Assembly (NCBI GenBank): GCA_002633005.1
Contig: NMRA01000232.1
Location: 422,866 to 486,865, forward strand
Reading direction: 5' to 3'
Length of the DNA stretch: 64,000 nucleotides
Source: Phoronis australis
Lineage: Eukaryota > Animalia > Phoronida
The number at the start of each line of letters is the position of its first letter. Within the stretch, counting starts at the first letter, position 1. Shown piece by piece: positions 13,301 through 25,018 of this stretch. The notes beneath the pieces were generated by a model. The model had not been told where the DNA came from, ran no database searches, and saw only the letters and a program-made list of their open reading frames with translations. The position numbers and the translations under genes are program-made.

Positions 13301-16300
13301 CACTGCCAAGTGTATCGATCGACAAGTTGGGTACCTAATCATTCTTGACCAAGTGTTCATTCTAAATTTCATGGGAGATAACTGCTGTTGTTAAATGATA
13401 TCAGCAGACAATAGAACAACAGTCATACAAAGTCTTGAAAGAAAATTGATTTTTTTGCTTTTGTTTTTAAAGAAATTTCTGTTTCTTGCTTACCTGTTGA
13501 ATAGTGATTGATGAACTGGCCTTTACACTGCTCAACAAGTGTTTAATTGACTCAAGTTCAAAATGACAAAGTATGTACCGGGTGGATGGATGTACTCTGA
13601 CTAAAACACTCTATTGATAATTGATAGGTGATTTTTACCTGAAATGTTGAATACACTAAATAGTGAATATCTAAATGTAGTAGTATGTCACAATTTCAAA
13701 ATATAAAACAGTGAATGTGCCTCTTACAATTAGTTTTCAGTAACTAGAAATAAATTTAATACAAATAGGTTTACCGCATTTTAGTAACTTGCAGTTCTAA
13801 AGAGTTAATGGTAGATTTGTCTTGTGACAGCAATCCCTGCCTTCAGTGCATTGTTTGCATCTTTTGTGTGAACAGTAGAACATTGTGTTGTTTGATTTTA
13901 GACACTTCGGGTAATAATTATAATTTCTAACTAAGTCCAAGCAGTGTAAGATTGAGGATTGTTTATATTGCTTGGAACTTTGCATCTGAGTAACAGAAGA
14001 GCTTAAATATTTTGTGCTTGCTTTGAGTCATTTAATTGCATGTTCATTGCTCCTTGCTCCATCTAGTGAGTTTTACTCTGCTTTAGTTGTATTTAGTCAC
14101 ATAAGACCAACGACTCCAGGTGTCTCTTTTCTCAATGTTACCTCACTACTTAATTTGCATTTTGCCTTTGCTACATGCCAACTTCAGCCTTTCTACCTCC
14201 AGGTAAACTATTCTGAGGTTCTGCAAGTCGTTGGTCTCATGTGACCATTCACAAAATAATGCTTACCATCAGCCATTCATTAGACATTGAAATACTGTTG
14301 TTTTTCAAACTTTGGGTACAAATCATTTTAAACACAAGTGTATGCTTGGCTGAGGGTAATTGTTTACAATATGACAACATTGAGCTACGCATATGATTTT
14401 GGTATTGTTCGATTCCTCACAGTGATTCCAAATGTACGCAAGAATGTCTCCTACCCTGTTCCCTTAATATTTTATCATCAAATTTCTGCTCGCACTATTT
14501 CAGTTCTTTGAACTGATACCGCCATGTTAAATAGAAAGACTCGTCTGGCAGCCAAAACTTGAGCTAATCTGCCATAGCCTCCAGATCGTCGCTTTTTCAG
14601 TTAAAACTGACAGAGACCCGTCGACCCCAGACCTGAGCTCTGACAGAATTTTGTGGAAAAGGAGTCAAATGATCAGAATTCTAAAAATTCGTGGAAAAGG
14701 GTATCACTTTATCAGAGAATTTCCTGGAAAAAGGGTCAAATGATCACAATTCTAAAAATTCGTGGAAAGGGTGAAATGCTCCATGTTTTCTCAGGAAAAC
14801 TTTAGGGGAAATATTCAGCAAACACCATTCAGAATCGATGATGCTGTTTCATTCAGGAGCAACAGGTGTCGCTGTAATCTCGAGTTGAGCAAACATGGCG
14901 GCTTCAACCAGGAAATAAGTGCGAACAGAAATTTGGCGATAAAATAGTGAGGAATCACTGTAGGAAACACAATCATGTATTTTAGAATGAGAACCATAGG
15001 TGGAATTGAACGATAACAAAGTCATGAGTGTAGGTCAATGTCATCAATGCTAAAAAAGTTACCAAGAGCGGATAACATTGAAATTATCTACTAATCTTAA
15101 AATGGATGACGGTAGTGTGAGGGAAACAAAAAGTATCTTGAAGGGGTATTTCGCCACTGTCTAATCGTCAATTTTGAATTTCAACCATCGGTCTTTGGTG
15201 CCTAAAAACTTTTCCACGCTAAGGTTGAATGAGCTGGTGACTCAAGTCACAGCCAATGTGCCAGTTTTGAATTCACTATATTTGAGTTGGCCACAAGCTG
15301 TGAAGCATTTTCTTGAGTCACTAGTGGTTTTGATGTTCTTGTTGGTAATAGAAATAGGACCCAATATGGTAAATATTTTAAGACCGGTTTTGCAAGTCGA
15401 GTAAAAGGCCTAAGTGGATATATTCATTTCTTAGGCAACTGAACATTGGGGAAATGCATCTTTAAGAATGACTATTTGGTTGTTAGTCGTGGTGTTGTGT
15501 CCACTCTCTACCCATTCTGTAGCCTAGTGCTTTATCATGCTCTCCATTGTATTCTAGCAACAAATTATAGACCATGGTGGTTTGGTTGCCCCAAACCCTC
15601 TAGAACATAAAAAGCCAGAGTTTGCGGCTGTTGGTGGTGGTGCAAAAAATCAGGCGGAGGATAAAGATGATGATAACAACGATGCGATGGTGGTTCGGAA
15701 ACCTTTGCCGAGACTGGATGAAGACCAGCTTGCGAAGGCAGGGGATACGCAGAACCAGGGTGAGGTCGCCCCAGATCACATGAACAGGCAAAACGAGGAT
15801 ATGAATAAAAAGGACCTTGGTTCAGAGTTGAATCCCAATGAGGTGCCTCGTCGGAATGTTCCCAACATTGAGAACGGTGATGGAGGTGTTGAAGGAGAAG
15901 ATGAAGACAGGGATGAAGAGAAACCTAGAGGTCAAGTAGAGGTGCCAAACATGAACATGCCATTACACAATGTGAAACAGGTTTGTAGCTCATTGGGAAG
16001 GTATGGAGAGGGGCTTTCTGTGTTCAGTTGCTCAAGTTGTCTCCCCTGTTGAGCTGGGTGGTGGTTGTATCTGCTAGTGAATTAAATGACATGGGTTTAC
16101 AACTTGAAGTATAATAAATTCTAAGCATTCTTTGTACTAACCGTTATGAAATCCTCTTAATATTCTCTTATTAAAGCACCAGTAATACAGGTCTGCAAGA
16201 TAACTTTTGCTAGATACAACTTATCTAACGGCGTCGTTTTTAAATGTCGTGTTTAAGAGATTTTTGCAGAAAGCCTTCAGTTTTAGCCCTGATTGTGCGA

Positions 16301-19300
16301 TGTAGTTTTATGCGCCCATTACATTTATATTTGCCCACATATTTATATGTTGGTGCATATTGTCATCATCTCTGTCTGGGTTTCTGGGCGTATCTCCTAA
16401 AACCCTTGCAGCATCTGATTGTGTGTTCCTCCGTGGCTGACGACGGATGGCAACGAGTTTCAGACCCGAATACCGCTATGCTTCCTAGTGGCAATTTTAG
16501 TTTTTTATGTTTTCCTCTGTTTTTTTTTTTTAGTTCCTTGACGGATTTTCAGGAAATTCTGCAAATAGATTTTTAATACGGAGGCGATGATGCCATTCAA
16601 TTTCTGCCACAGTGTGGAATTTTTTATTGTTTTTCCATCCATTTTCTGGCGGCCGCCTCTCTATCTGCCATTCCATTCAAAGGATCACTGAAGGCTATGA
16701 CTGACATTGACTTTTGGACGGGTCCATCTACTGTGTCGCTCCCTAGTGGTGATTTTGTTTTTTGACGTCTGAAGCCAAATCTTCTTAAAATTTTGAAGGG
16801 GCTTTGTGAAATTTGAAAGATGTATTTCTGTGGAGACGTCGACAAACAGTAACGAGTATCAAACTGATCCAAATACAACAGGCTGCTCCCTAGGGGCAAA
16901 ATGTTTTCTTACTTTTGTCTCTGTATCTTTGGATTTCAGTATTGAATGTATTTTCATGAAATTTGGCAAATAGGTTAAGGAGGCGAAAACGCCTTCCCAT
17001 TTTCAGATAAAGGTGATGTTTTCTGCGCTACCCGACTCCCATTTTTGTTGGCATTGGATCCGTTTTCTGACATCCACCTCCCTTTCTGTCATACTGCTTA
17101 TCATTGTGAGAATTTATGGAATGTGTTCCTGATGAGAAGGCCACACCTGAAGTCGACTTTTGAATGGGTCCGATTACAATGGGGATTTGTTTTTTTTTGT
17201 GTCTGAGGCAGAATCTCATTAACCCTTTGAAGGAGCTTTGTAAAATTTGAAAGATGTGTTCCTATGGAGCTGACGACAAATGATGAAAAATATCAAACTT
17301 ATCCAATTACCACACTGCCTCCTAGTAGCAAGATGTTTTTTACATTACCTCAGTCGTCTCTATATCTTCAGAGCTAATGTAGTTTCCTGAAATTCACCAA
17401 ATAGGTTAAGGAGACAACAATGTCTTCCCATTTTCGGACAGTTTTGATGTTTTCTGCACCTCCTGGTGCATAATTATGTTTTTGACATTTGCCTCTTCAT
17501 CTGCCAAACCAGTCAAAGGATGTTTCTGAAACTTGAGTTATGTTCCTGATTGATTTTTGAATGTTTTTGATTATTGTGGCGTCCCCTAGGGTTAATTTTG
17601 CTTTTTTCAGCATTTGTAATCCTTTGAGGGATCTTTGCTGCGAAATTTGGCAGATGGGCTTCTACAAAGATAGAAACTGATGACCATGAGTGACCAATCC
17701 AACTATAGGTGTGCTCCCTAGTGTCACCACCTTCTCAATTCTGATTTGTTTAACAAATTCTGCGCCAGCATACCATTTGCTGTGGTATCGTGGGTGCATT
17801 TCAACGCTCTACGTTGCTGTTGTTATTATTTTTGTCTGATCTTTGATGCGCGCCTCCCTGTCTGCCTAACTACAATTAAGAATTATGATGACAAGTGGCA
17901 TATGCATTCTTATTGAGGAGGGCATTACTGACTTGCTTTGTACTCCCTATAGGCTATTAATATTTACTCCTTCCAGTGGGAATATTTAAAAATAGTGATC
18001 ATCCCTTGTATCTGAGATGTATGCGATATTCACAGTGGGTACATATAATCGCATTTCTTGATACTCTCTCTGGCCTACCAGTTGCCTGGTACCAGTTACC
18101 AGTTGTCTCTAAATATCTGCTGTCTTCTAAATTCAGGTGCAAGCGCCATTACCTGTGCAACATATTCCGAAAAGGGATGGAGGTATGTATTTTCCCTGTT
18201 AAGTTCACTTTGTCGTCTCGCCTTTTAACTAGTTGTAACAGATTTGCATTGTTTGGGACTGAGAGTCAAGTAATTGAAAAACCCTTTGCTGACTCCAACC
18301 AAACTTAACATGATTGACTATAATTTAATCGTTAACATTTTCCTAGACGCTTTCTTCAGGAGTATGCCTGCCTTAAAAATTCTTCAGTTTTGGACAATAT
18401 GGACAAGATAAAGAAACTTCATTTTCCAAAATTTTTCAATAAAGCTTTTTAAATAAATCTTTACAAAAGTTTTACTAGTAAGTTCAGAATTTGACTACAC
18501 AGTTTGACTGTGTCTTAGTGACGTCAATAGGCTACTGGTAAAACTGTTAGAGTCTTTGAATGTAGAACAATGGCCATTTTAGCCAAAAGGATTGTCCCAA
18601 ATTGAATAATTTTTACTGGTTGTTAAAGACAAATTATGGGTCTCTTAATGGTATACTGAAGATCAAAATGTATCACGATTTTAATACTAAATTTAACCCC
18701 CGTACTAACTGAACAAGCTCTGAAGGTGATGGTGTTTCTTCATAAAGATGACATTTAGTTGCTGAGGTTATGTGCCATAAAATTTCAAGTAGTTCGTAAA
18801 TAGCATACAGTGCTGCTTTGCCTTGAATATGGATGTGAATGTTCTTTGCTAATACGTGATGGTTTCTTAATGGAAAGCTGATTAAAGTAGCATCATTTGA
18901 TAAATTTTGGTTTGAATCGTGTGTTGGTCGTAGATCTAATTTTGGTGACAAGTCCATGTGTAAGCAGTGTTTTGCGCAAAAACAACAAAGTGTTTCAATT
19001 GCGGCACGTTTTGGCACGAACGTCTACCATTTTCAAGCTTAAGAGACAAGATTGACGAGCCTTGGTGCTTAAACGTATTCTAGTGCTATCACTTGTTTAT
19101 GATGTTCTCTCCTTTCTCAGGCCTATAAGGTAAGATTCCGTGGAACTTCTCGGTGGCGGCTTCTTGCTTTGTCCCCTGTTTGAGCAATTCTGGCTATGTG
19201 TACACTTCTGAGGATTGTAATAAGGAACCTAACCTCAAAACTTTGATTAACATCTTCTCATTGTTGTGATGGCGTGTAACCCTTACTTATGCACACCATG

Positions 19301-21866
19301 TCAGCTCTTTTTATGTCTCCATGTGGGTGGGTATTGGCGTCATCTTTGTCTCAAGTCTGTGTGGTGTCAGCACCTGTGTCCCTTAAACCGCTGACAGGAT
19401 CTTTGTCGAATTAGGCGTGTGCTTTTACAAGCGTAACGGCAGATGATGATGACTTTCGAACAAATCCAGCTACTGTTGTGTCACCTGGTGGCAATTCATC
19501 TTATTTTTTGTGACACTTTTTACTTGGCTTTTGTATCTCCCAAATCTGACCTTGGATATTTTCAAAGCATGGTCCACCCACTTTTTGTTCCTGTAGTGAC
19601 AATTTTTAGTGTTTCGGTATCCGTTTTTGGCTTCCGCCTTTTTTGTCTGCCAGATGGTTTGAAGAATTAATGTGACAAATATGTTTCTATTGACGTAACT
19701 GGATGACCTGGACGACATTGATATTTTAATATTTTTAAGTACTGCTGCTCCCTGTAGGCTTGTTTCACTTTGTGCGCTTGCCTCAATCAGTGTCCTCCAA
19801 GTTTAATGAAGGATCTGGAAGACTTTTGGCTGATAACATTATATCTGGGAGAGAATAGCACTTGTTGATTTTTGGTCCAGTTTGACTTGTGCTGTGGCAC
19901 ACAAGCAATGTGCCCTGTAGTCTAGATTTCTGTAAAATGCCACACATATGGCAGTTTTTGACAAAGATTTTAAATGGTAAATTGTGTTGCAGATGCGACA
20001 AAAGCATCGGTTTAGTGCTATGGTATAGCACTGTAAAAGGAAAAAAACGTCTTGGATATTAGTGAAAACGTTATCCTTTGTCATGTATGCTTATTGCATG
20101 CTGACTTATAGGTATGGCAATTCTTCAGTTATCCGGCGCTGATCCCAAGTTTGTTTGCCAAAATTATTTTACTATCACGTCTCCAACTCTGTGTGCATCT
20201 ATTTGGCACCGATGACGTCTGATAACAACACGCGAGGATGATCCGTCTACTTCTGTCTGATTGTAATATCGTATGCCATAAGTAATCAGGGCACTGCAAA
20301 ATTTGCTTAGATTTGCTTCGCTGGTATCCCGCGGCAGTACCATCTCTCTGTCTAAATCTTTCTTCATAACTCAATGTCATTCTACAAAAAATAGCACAAA
20401 CTGTGCTGGACATGTGTTCGGTTGGTCTTGTTGATTTATTTTACACTGTCATGCACCAACATGGTTTTACCTTTTATTAAGTTTATTTAGCTTAATACTT
20501 CTGCAGCTCTCACCCGTTAAACTGTTGAAAAATTGATGTATACTGACTTGATTTGCCCAGTAAAACCAGTTTTGTTAATGATCAAAGTGAAAACCAGGAA
20601 TGTGTTTACCAAGCAAAATTCCCTTGTTTTGCAAATAATTGGCTTGATATCTTAATGGAATAACAGTAACAGTTGTACAAGAGTGGGATTGTTTGAACAA
20701 TGTGGTTTATAACAATCACTATAATTTGAACAATCAGGTTTATAACATTCACTCTAATTTCACAAGACCCAGGCCAACCCAACTGTTTACAACATTGACT
20801 TGGTTAGGCCAATCTCTAGCTACTACAAGACAGTGTTTTAGTACCCTCCTGGCTTGGTTTTGCTCTAAGCTTGTTCAACTGTATTGAATCTGCGTAAAAA
20901 GCAGTTAGTTGCTTTTTTTTCAGGTTGCAGTTTAATTTTTTTTTTGAGACAAATTGTTTTCAGTGTTATCTCTGCTGCACGATGCAATTCATTATTAACA
21001 TTTTGTTGCAAACAATAGCTCTAAGCTATGTACTCTGCTTAACCAGTTTTGACTTGTCACGTGAAGACCGTTGATCGGGCTTTTTAAAACACAGTAGATC
21101 ATAGTTTGAAGATTAAATTACGAAGATGAGGTAATTGAAATAGCGTGATGCGTTGTAATTTTTCAGTGTTTGAAATTTGATTGGAACGGATTGGGTACTC
21201 CACTTTATGTATTGAATATGGAAGGAGTGTATTTGGGAATTTGATGTTTGTAAATACTTTTTAATGTTCACTGAAAAATATTGGTTTTAGAAATTTCTCG
21301 TGTGATTTTCTTCAGTTTTCCGAGCTCGGTTTAAGGAAGGCATTTTACTTTAAATTGCAAGATATCTTTTCATTGGTTTTTAAATATTTTTTCACCATAC
21401 ACACAAGGCCATAGGGTTCTAGTTTCTAATGCTAGTTCACCAGTATTTGTAATCTTCTTCATCGCTAACAAAAGAATAGTTTCATTGTACAGGGCTCTAG
21501 AATTTTATCGTATATATTTTTCAACAATTAAAAGTCAGAAGGAGGAGGGCTTTACATTAATGCACAGTTTTTTTGGCACAACTCTCATTAACACACTCAA
21601 TGAAAGTTTGAATATTTTATCAGTCCATTTACTGTATTTCAGTTCAGGGTAACTTTAGCCATCATGATGGTAAACGTTCAACTTCTGCAGGTGGTTGATA
21701 CTGTCCTCCTAAAGGTCCTTACAAATAAGTCAGCTGTGAAGTGTTTTGTTTTGTGTGGTAGAATTCATCACGTAACAAGTTGTTACTTTCAGATGACGGT
21801 GACAAAGATTATCAAAGTGAATATGGTGATGAAGAGGAAGATATTGACAAAACTCTTAGAAGATAA
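1259..21866 (+). CDS. Multi-exon gene, 5'-partial: coiled-coil + Q/G-rich + acidic low-complexity protein, tentatively Golgi membrane protein family (GOLM1/GOLM2-CASC4/GOLIM4-like)
   Basis: Exons 1259-1321, 2412-2486, 5517-5562, 6121-6543, 7688-7768, 9028-9098, 12145-12391, 13211-13227, 15558-15980, 18137-18182, 21793-21866; all AG/GT bounded and phase-compatible (1566 nt, one open frame to TAA). Coiled-coil start (KLVYAERDAKQRLQSKMVQMQ NQHQTDVQTKEQALTQLNTQLLTQE SQLSELQ), acidic end (DDGDKDYQSEYGDEEEDIDKTLRR*). Gene existence is strong; family identity is architecture-based only (the N-terminal TM segment is not in the window). Confidence 0.8.
2412..2486 (+). CDS. Gene 1 exon (phase 0/0), NQHQTDVQTKEQALTQLNTQLLTQE
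   Basis: ttttttaccag|AAC...CAAGAG|gtgctt; 75 nt. Confidence 0.8.
4177..4356. mobile_element. ~180-bp MITE with CAGTGGCGGATT/AATCCGCCCCTG TIRs and 5-bp TSD (hAT5-like)
   Basis: TIRs at 4177 and 4356; GTTTA repeated on both flanks (4172-4176, 4357-4361); short N gap inside. Confidence 0.7.
5517..5562 (+). CDS. Gene 1 exon (phase 0/1), SQLSELQKHQNQIIQ
   Basis: tttatcttgcag|TCT...CAAG|gtaagt. Confidence 0.85.
6121..6543 (+). CDS. Gene 1 exon (phase 1/1) carrying the GQQGQNL repeat
   Basis: gatattgcag|GG...GCTG|gtaagt; frame of ORF 6156-6590. Confidence 0.85.
6207..6500 (+). repeat. Coding 21-bp minisatellite (ggtcagcaaggacagaatcta; GQQGQNL), 10 contiguous units plus degenerate ones
   Basis: Direct tandem units 6207-6416, then DQKEHKA/GQQVQNL/GQQEQNM variants. 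Confidence 0.95.
7688..7768 (+). CDS. Gene 1 exon (phase 1/1), AYNVANEKNGQALANAGGDQGNQQNNM
   Basis: gttttactag|CA...ATGG|gtgagt. Confidence 0.85.
9028..9098 (+). CDS. Gene 1 exon (phase 1/0), GQRLQLNKPLNPKEMEEEKEKNEQ
   Basis: ttttgttttcag|GT...GAACAG|gtgtag. Confidence 0.8.
9364..9596 (-). mobile_element. Degenerate copy (reverse orientation) of the Harbinger/Tourist-like MITE at 30451-30694
   Basis: Reverse-complement similarity, e.g. cttaagtcaaaagtgaacttaggttagtttcttggaac vs gttccaagaaactgacttaagttcatttttgacttaag. Confidence 0.7.
10045..11405 (+). mobile_element. Non-autonomous Helentron/Helitron-derived (HINE/DINE-1-like) element with internal ~420-bp tandem repeats
   Basis: Sub-TIR actctgcgcgtg (10050) / cacgcacagagt (11359), internal inverted copy gcgcagagta (~10191), (TTC/TTA)n microsatellite ~10225-10256, repeat units starting ~10368, ~10784, ~11218, 3' hairpin ttattgtcacg-c-cgtgacaataa (11374-11396) then CTAG (11402-11405). 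Confidence 0.7.
10067..10189 (-). mobile_element. 5'-truncated LINE/SINE 3' tail inserted in the HINE-like element
   Basis: On - strand: stem-loop ctccgtgg...tcacggag, then AATAAA and (TAC)n tail; interrupts the HINE 5' inverted repeat. Confidence 0.55.
12145..12391 (+). CDS. Gene 1 exon (phase 0/1), RHQVNKPLNREGDQETADGGG...VDKYKRH
   Basis: gtattctcag|AGA...CATG|gtgagt; frame of ORF 12133-12465. Confidence 0.9.
13211..13227 (+). CDS. Gene 1 17-nt microexon (phase 1/0), APELKN
   Basis: ctctttctctttcag|CACCAGAGTTAAAGAAT|gtaagt; reconciles phase-1 donor 12391 with phase-0 acceptor 15558. Confidence 0.7.
14188..14202 (+). CDS. Candidate 15-nt alternative microexon (phase 0/0), PFYLQ
   Basis: ~65-nt AG-free, pyrimidine-rich, TGC-rich run then acttcag|CCTTTCTACCTCCAG|gtaaac; frame-preserving. 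Confidence 0.4.
14645..14780. repeat. Short degenerate tandem repeat (~36-38 bp, gtggaaaagg..tcaaatgatca..aattc), probably transposon subterminal repeats
   Basis: Four copies of (g/c)tggaaa(a)g at ~14653, 14690, 14724, 14762. Confidence 0.55.
15558..15980 (+). CDS. Gene 1 exon (phase 0/0), acidic QQIIDHGGLVAPNPLEH...MPLHNVKQ
   Basis: ttgtattctag|CAA...AAACAG|gtttgt; frame of ORF 15582-16052. Confidence 0.9.
16280..17830 (+). mobile_element. Decayed intronic element with ~400-430-bp internal tandem units (second HINE-like element)
   Basis: Homologous blocks tttgaagg..ctttgt.aaatttg..agatg at ~16791, ~17224, ~17621 and ctccctag motifs; small 3' hairpin caacg-ctcta-cgttg at ~17802. Confidence 0.5.
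18137..18182 (+). CDS. Gene 1 exon (phase 0/1), VQAPLPVQHIPKRDG
   Basis: cttctaaattcag|GTG...GGAG|gtatgt. Confidence 0.8.
19121..19129 (+). CDS. Candidate 9-nt stop-containing microexon (gives ...KRDGGL*)
   Basis: gttctctcctttctcag|GCCTATAAG|gtaaga: near-ideal acceptor and donor; in phase 1 reads g|GC CTA TAA. Confidence 0.45.
21793..21866 (+). CDS. Gene 1 terminal coding exon, DDGDKDYQSEYGDEEEDIDKTLRR*
   Basis: gttactttcag|AT...AGA TAA (21864-21866); phase 1. Confidence 0.85.
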
Positions 21867-24800
21867 TCTCTAGTGGCTGAGATCGGGCATGTATGTATGG
21901 CAATTGTTCACTTATTTTGCACTAAAATTATTGACAAAATGAACATTTTTCAAAGGCTTATAGTGTAAAATTCACCAAAAGTAATTTTATGACATCTACA
22001 CAGTGAAAACCACGCTAGTAGCAGACTAAAAGGCTTTTATTTTTGTATGGAATAATTTGACAAAATAGAATATTATTTCACTTGTCAATCATATTGTGTG
22101 CTAACTAAGTGAGGGATTACCATGCTAGTGTTTTCACGTCATGTGGTTCTATCTCCTATTCATTTTGGAATTAGATTGCAGGAGTTAAAGATCATCATGT
22201 CATATCGCATTGACTCAGTTTCGCCAATACATTTTATATGAGTTCAATCAGAGGTTTAACACATACTTCTGAAATTTTCATTAATTTTGTCTGTGACCTG
22301 TGTCTTATAGCGAAATTGCTAATACTTGAAATACAGGTGAAATTTTGACTGTTGAGATGGGTTGTTGGACACAACAGAGCAGTTTGGTTGTGTTCGCTAG
22401 TGTTGACTAATTGAATAACTAGGCAAAATATCGGCAAAGCAAAGACATTTTGTCTGAATTGCAAATTAAATTTTGATAGAATTTGGGGTGGAGATGGCGC
22501 AAAATAAATTTCATGTGGTGTGTCAATGTTTACCTGTTTGCCATTGTTACTGTTGACTACACACAGCTTTGTTATGATTTGTTTTTAGGGTCTCATTTCA
22601 TTAAAACTACCTATTTGACAAGAATGTTTGAAATTACAACTGTTTTAACAGTACTATAAGCATTTTAAAAGAGACTCAAGACTGAAGTCAGACATGTTGT
22701 CCAACACTCCATACAATTATTTCAATATAGTAATTTAATCTTTGTGTAACATTGTACTAAGTTTGTGGGAATATTAGCATATTTGCAAATAAATTTGACC
22801 ATTTGATTACAGTAATGCTACACTGTGGTCAGTTAGTGGTCACTTTTCAGATGGGAGCTTGAGATGACATTTTTCAGGAAGTCAGACTTCATGAAACTAA
22901 ACTAAAACGCATGTCGCGAAATAAACCTGTTGTTGGTTGAGTGTTGTGAATGTGACACCGTAGTGTTAAGCAATATCTTGGCATAATTATGGCTTGCAGA
23001 CAGACAGGAGACTTTGCTGTCATAGTCATATTCTTCCTGGGATACAGCCTTTGTTTGGTTGATGGGAGCATCAGTTAGTGGTAAATTCATGAATGTCTTC
23101 ACTGTGCTTAAGTGTTCATCTATAGTGCGCATACAGCTCGTGGTGTATTGCTAGAGTATTGCTTCTGGTGCTAGTTAGAACTAGTAAGCTAAGTTTGTAT
23201 ATGTTAATCAGTTTGGGGTTGGGAGATAGGGTCTTCTTGCTCGGCTAACTCTACAGATTGTTCCCACAAACTGCGCTTTCCTCATGAACACAATTCTTTC
23301 CTCGTGAGCTGTATTCCCAGTCTGGTGCACTGCAATTATTTTCTTACAAACATCTTTGTTTCTCATATAGACGTGTGGCCCATGAGATCAGAAAGCAATT
23401 GCTGTGCGCGAGAAAAGAAATAAAATGTTTCAGCTCATGAGAAAAGAATGCTATATGTTAGAATTTCTATGCTGCAGTTCATGAGGGGTGGAGCTAACCT
23501 GAACAAGATTTGGAAATTCAAGAGATGATACTTTGAATTGTTTATGGGATTTTATAGTTAGGAACTGCTCACAAGTAGAGCCATTACAGAAGTTTATAAA
23601 CTGTGCTTTTGGGGGGAGGGGGAGGGGCTTGCTGCTAGTGTAGGCTTTAAGATCACAAAAATGGTGATGTCAAATGAAGGGAGTCACTGTTTTTAATTTT
23701 TTTTCACACAGTGAAACAACTTGTAATACTGTACGAACTAGCACTGGTATTTTTAACCTTGAAGGACACTTGCAAAATTAACAAATACAAAAACAGAGAC
23801 CTCGTAAAATATCACCATTTTTGAAAGCCTTCTGAGGGAGGGAGGAGATCTGGAAAAGTGTAAGGTTTGTAGCATTGTGAACGATCCCTTTGGTAAATAC
23901 TTGAACATTAAAACCATTGGTGAAGGCTAACATTGTTTTGAAGTGTTACTACTATAAGAATTACACAGATCTCTTGTATTCAAGATAGAATTTTAGCTGA
24001 AGTTACTGTACCTAGTCTCTGACACATTTTTGGTTTGTTTTCAACAGGACCTAATTCTTTTGATTTCAACAGCCCTGGTGTCTTTGCTTCTGGATATCTT
24101 GAGTTCCCGACACTTGCAATTTTGAGCAATGCATTTTAATATGGATGTACCACAGATATGGCTGGTAGCCTTTCATCTCAAATATTTCTATGATTCGTCC
24201 CTTCGTTTTCGTCAGCTTGACGTGTGTTACACTGCTTTCTGCTTAAATTCACCGAAATTTTCCACCGTCTGGTTCCCAGGTGAATTTGTTGTAAATTTAC
24301 AATTTTGGAGTAATTCGTGGCATGTGTTAACTAGTACTAGGTTAACTTTCAGCAAAACCTACATTAAAACCTGGTGATTGCTTGTTCCAGGGTTTACATA
24401 TCTACATCTTCGTTGTATCTTGTCAGTTTTGTTGAAGGATTCCAAAGTTCACAACGTTTTCAAGTTCAGTAATCGGTAATAATGAGAGTGCATCTGATCA
24501 TAACTGATAAAAATTGTAGTCTCGTGATAGCCATGACAACATACATTGGCGGATCTAGGATGGCAACCTCGGTTTTAAACGAAAATTCGCGTAGGCCGTA
24601 AAATGGGTGCAGACGGCGTTGATTTCTTTTTGTCTTTGGTCATATCGGTAAGGGGAGAAGTCCCTGTATCCGTCTTTGGCATACTTCGAGAGCATTAACT
24701 GGGGGTAAGTGTCATTTCTGTTTAATGGCCTTTGGGAGGCGGGGTGCATGTTATCTTCAGATGGTTTTCACTCATCTAAATTCTTATGATGATTGTTACT

Positions 24801-25012
24801 GGATGTCGCTGAAACGTTGTCTTGTACGATCTTCATAAATAGTGTTGTGTTGTGTATGTTATTTGTGGTTTATAATTTTATAAATTCCTCATGTTAATTG
24901 TCACACTGTGTACATTTACTTGTTAGTGTGTTATTGCTGGTCAGACCACGAGGGGTTGTAGATTATTTGGAGGTCATAATTGTACAGATGTATATAAGCA
25001 AGGGCTGCTACA

Positions 25013-25018
25013 AATAAA
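25013..25018 (+). terminator. Putative polyadenylation signal of gene 1 (implies ~3.1-kb 3' UTR)
   Basis: AATAAA preceded by TGTA motifs and followed by GT/T-rich sequence; the T-rich, CpG-poor character of the + strand ends just after. Confidence 0.45.
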
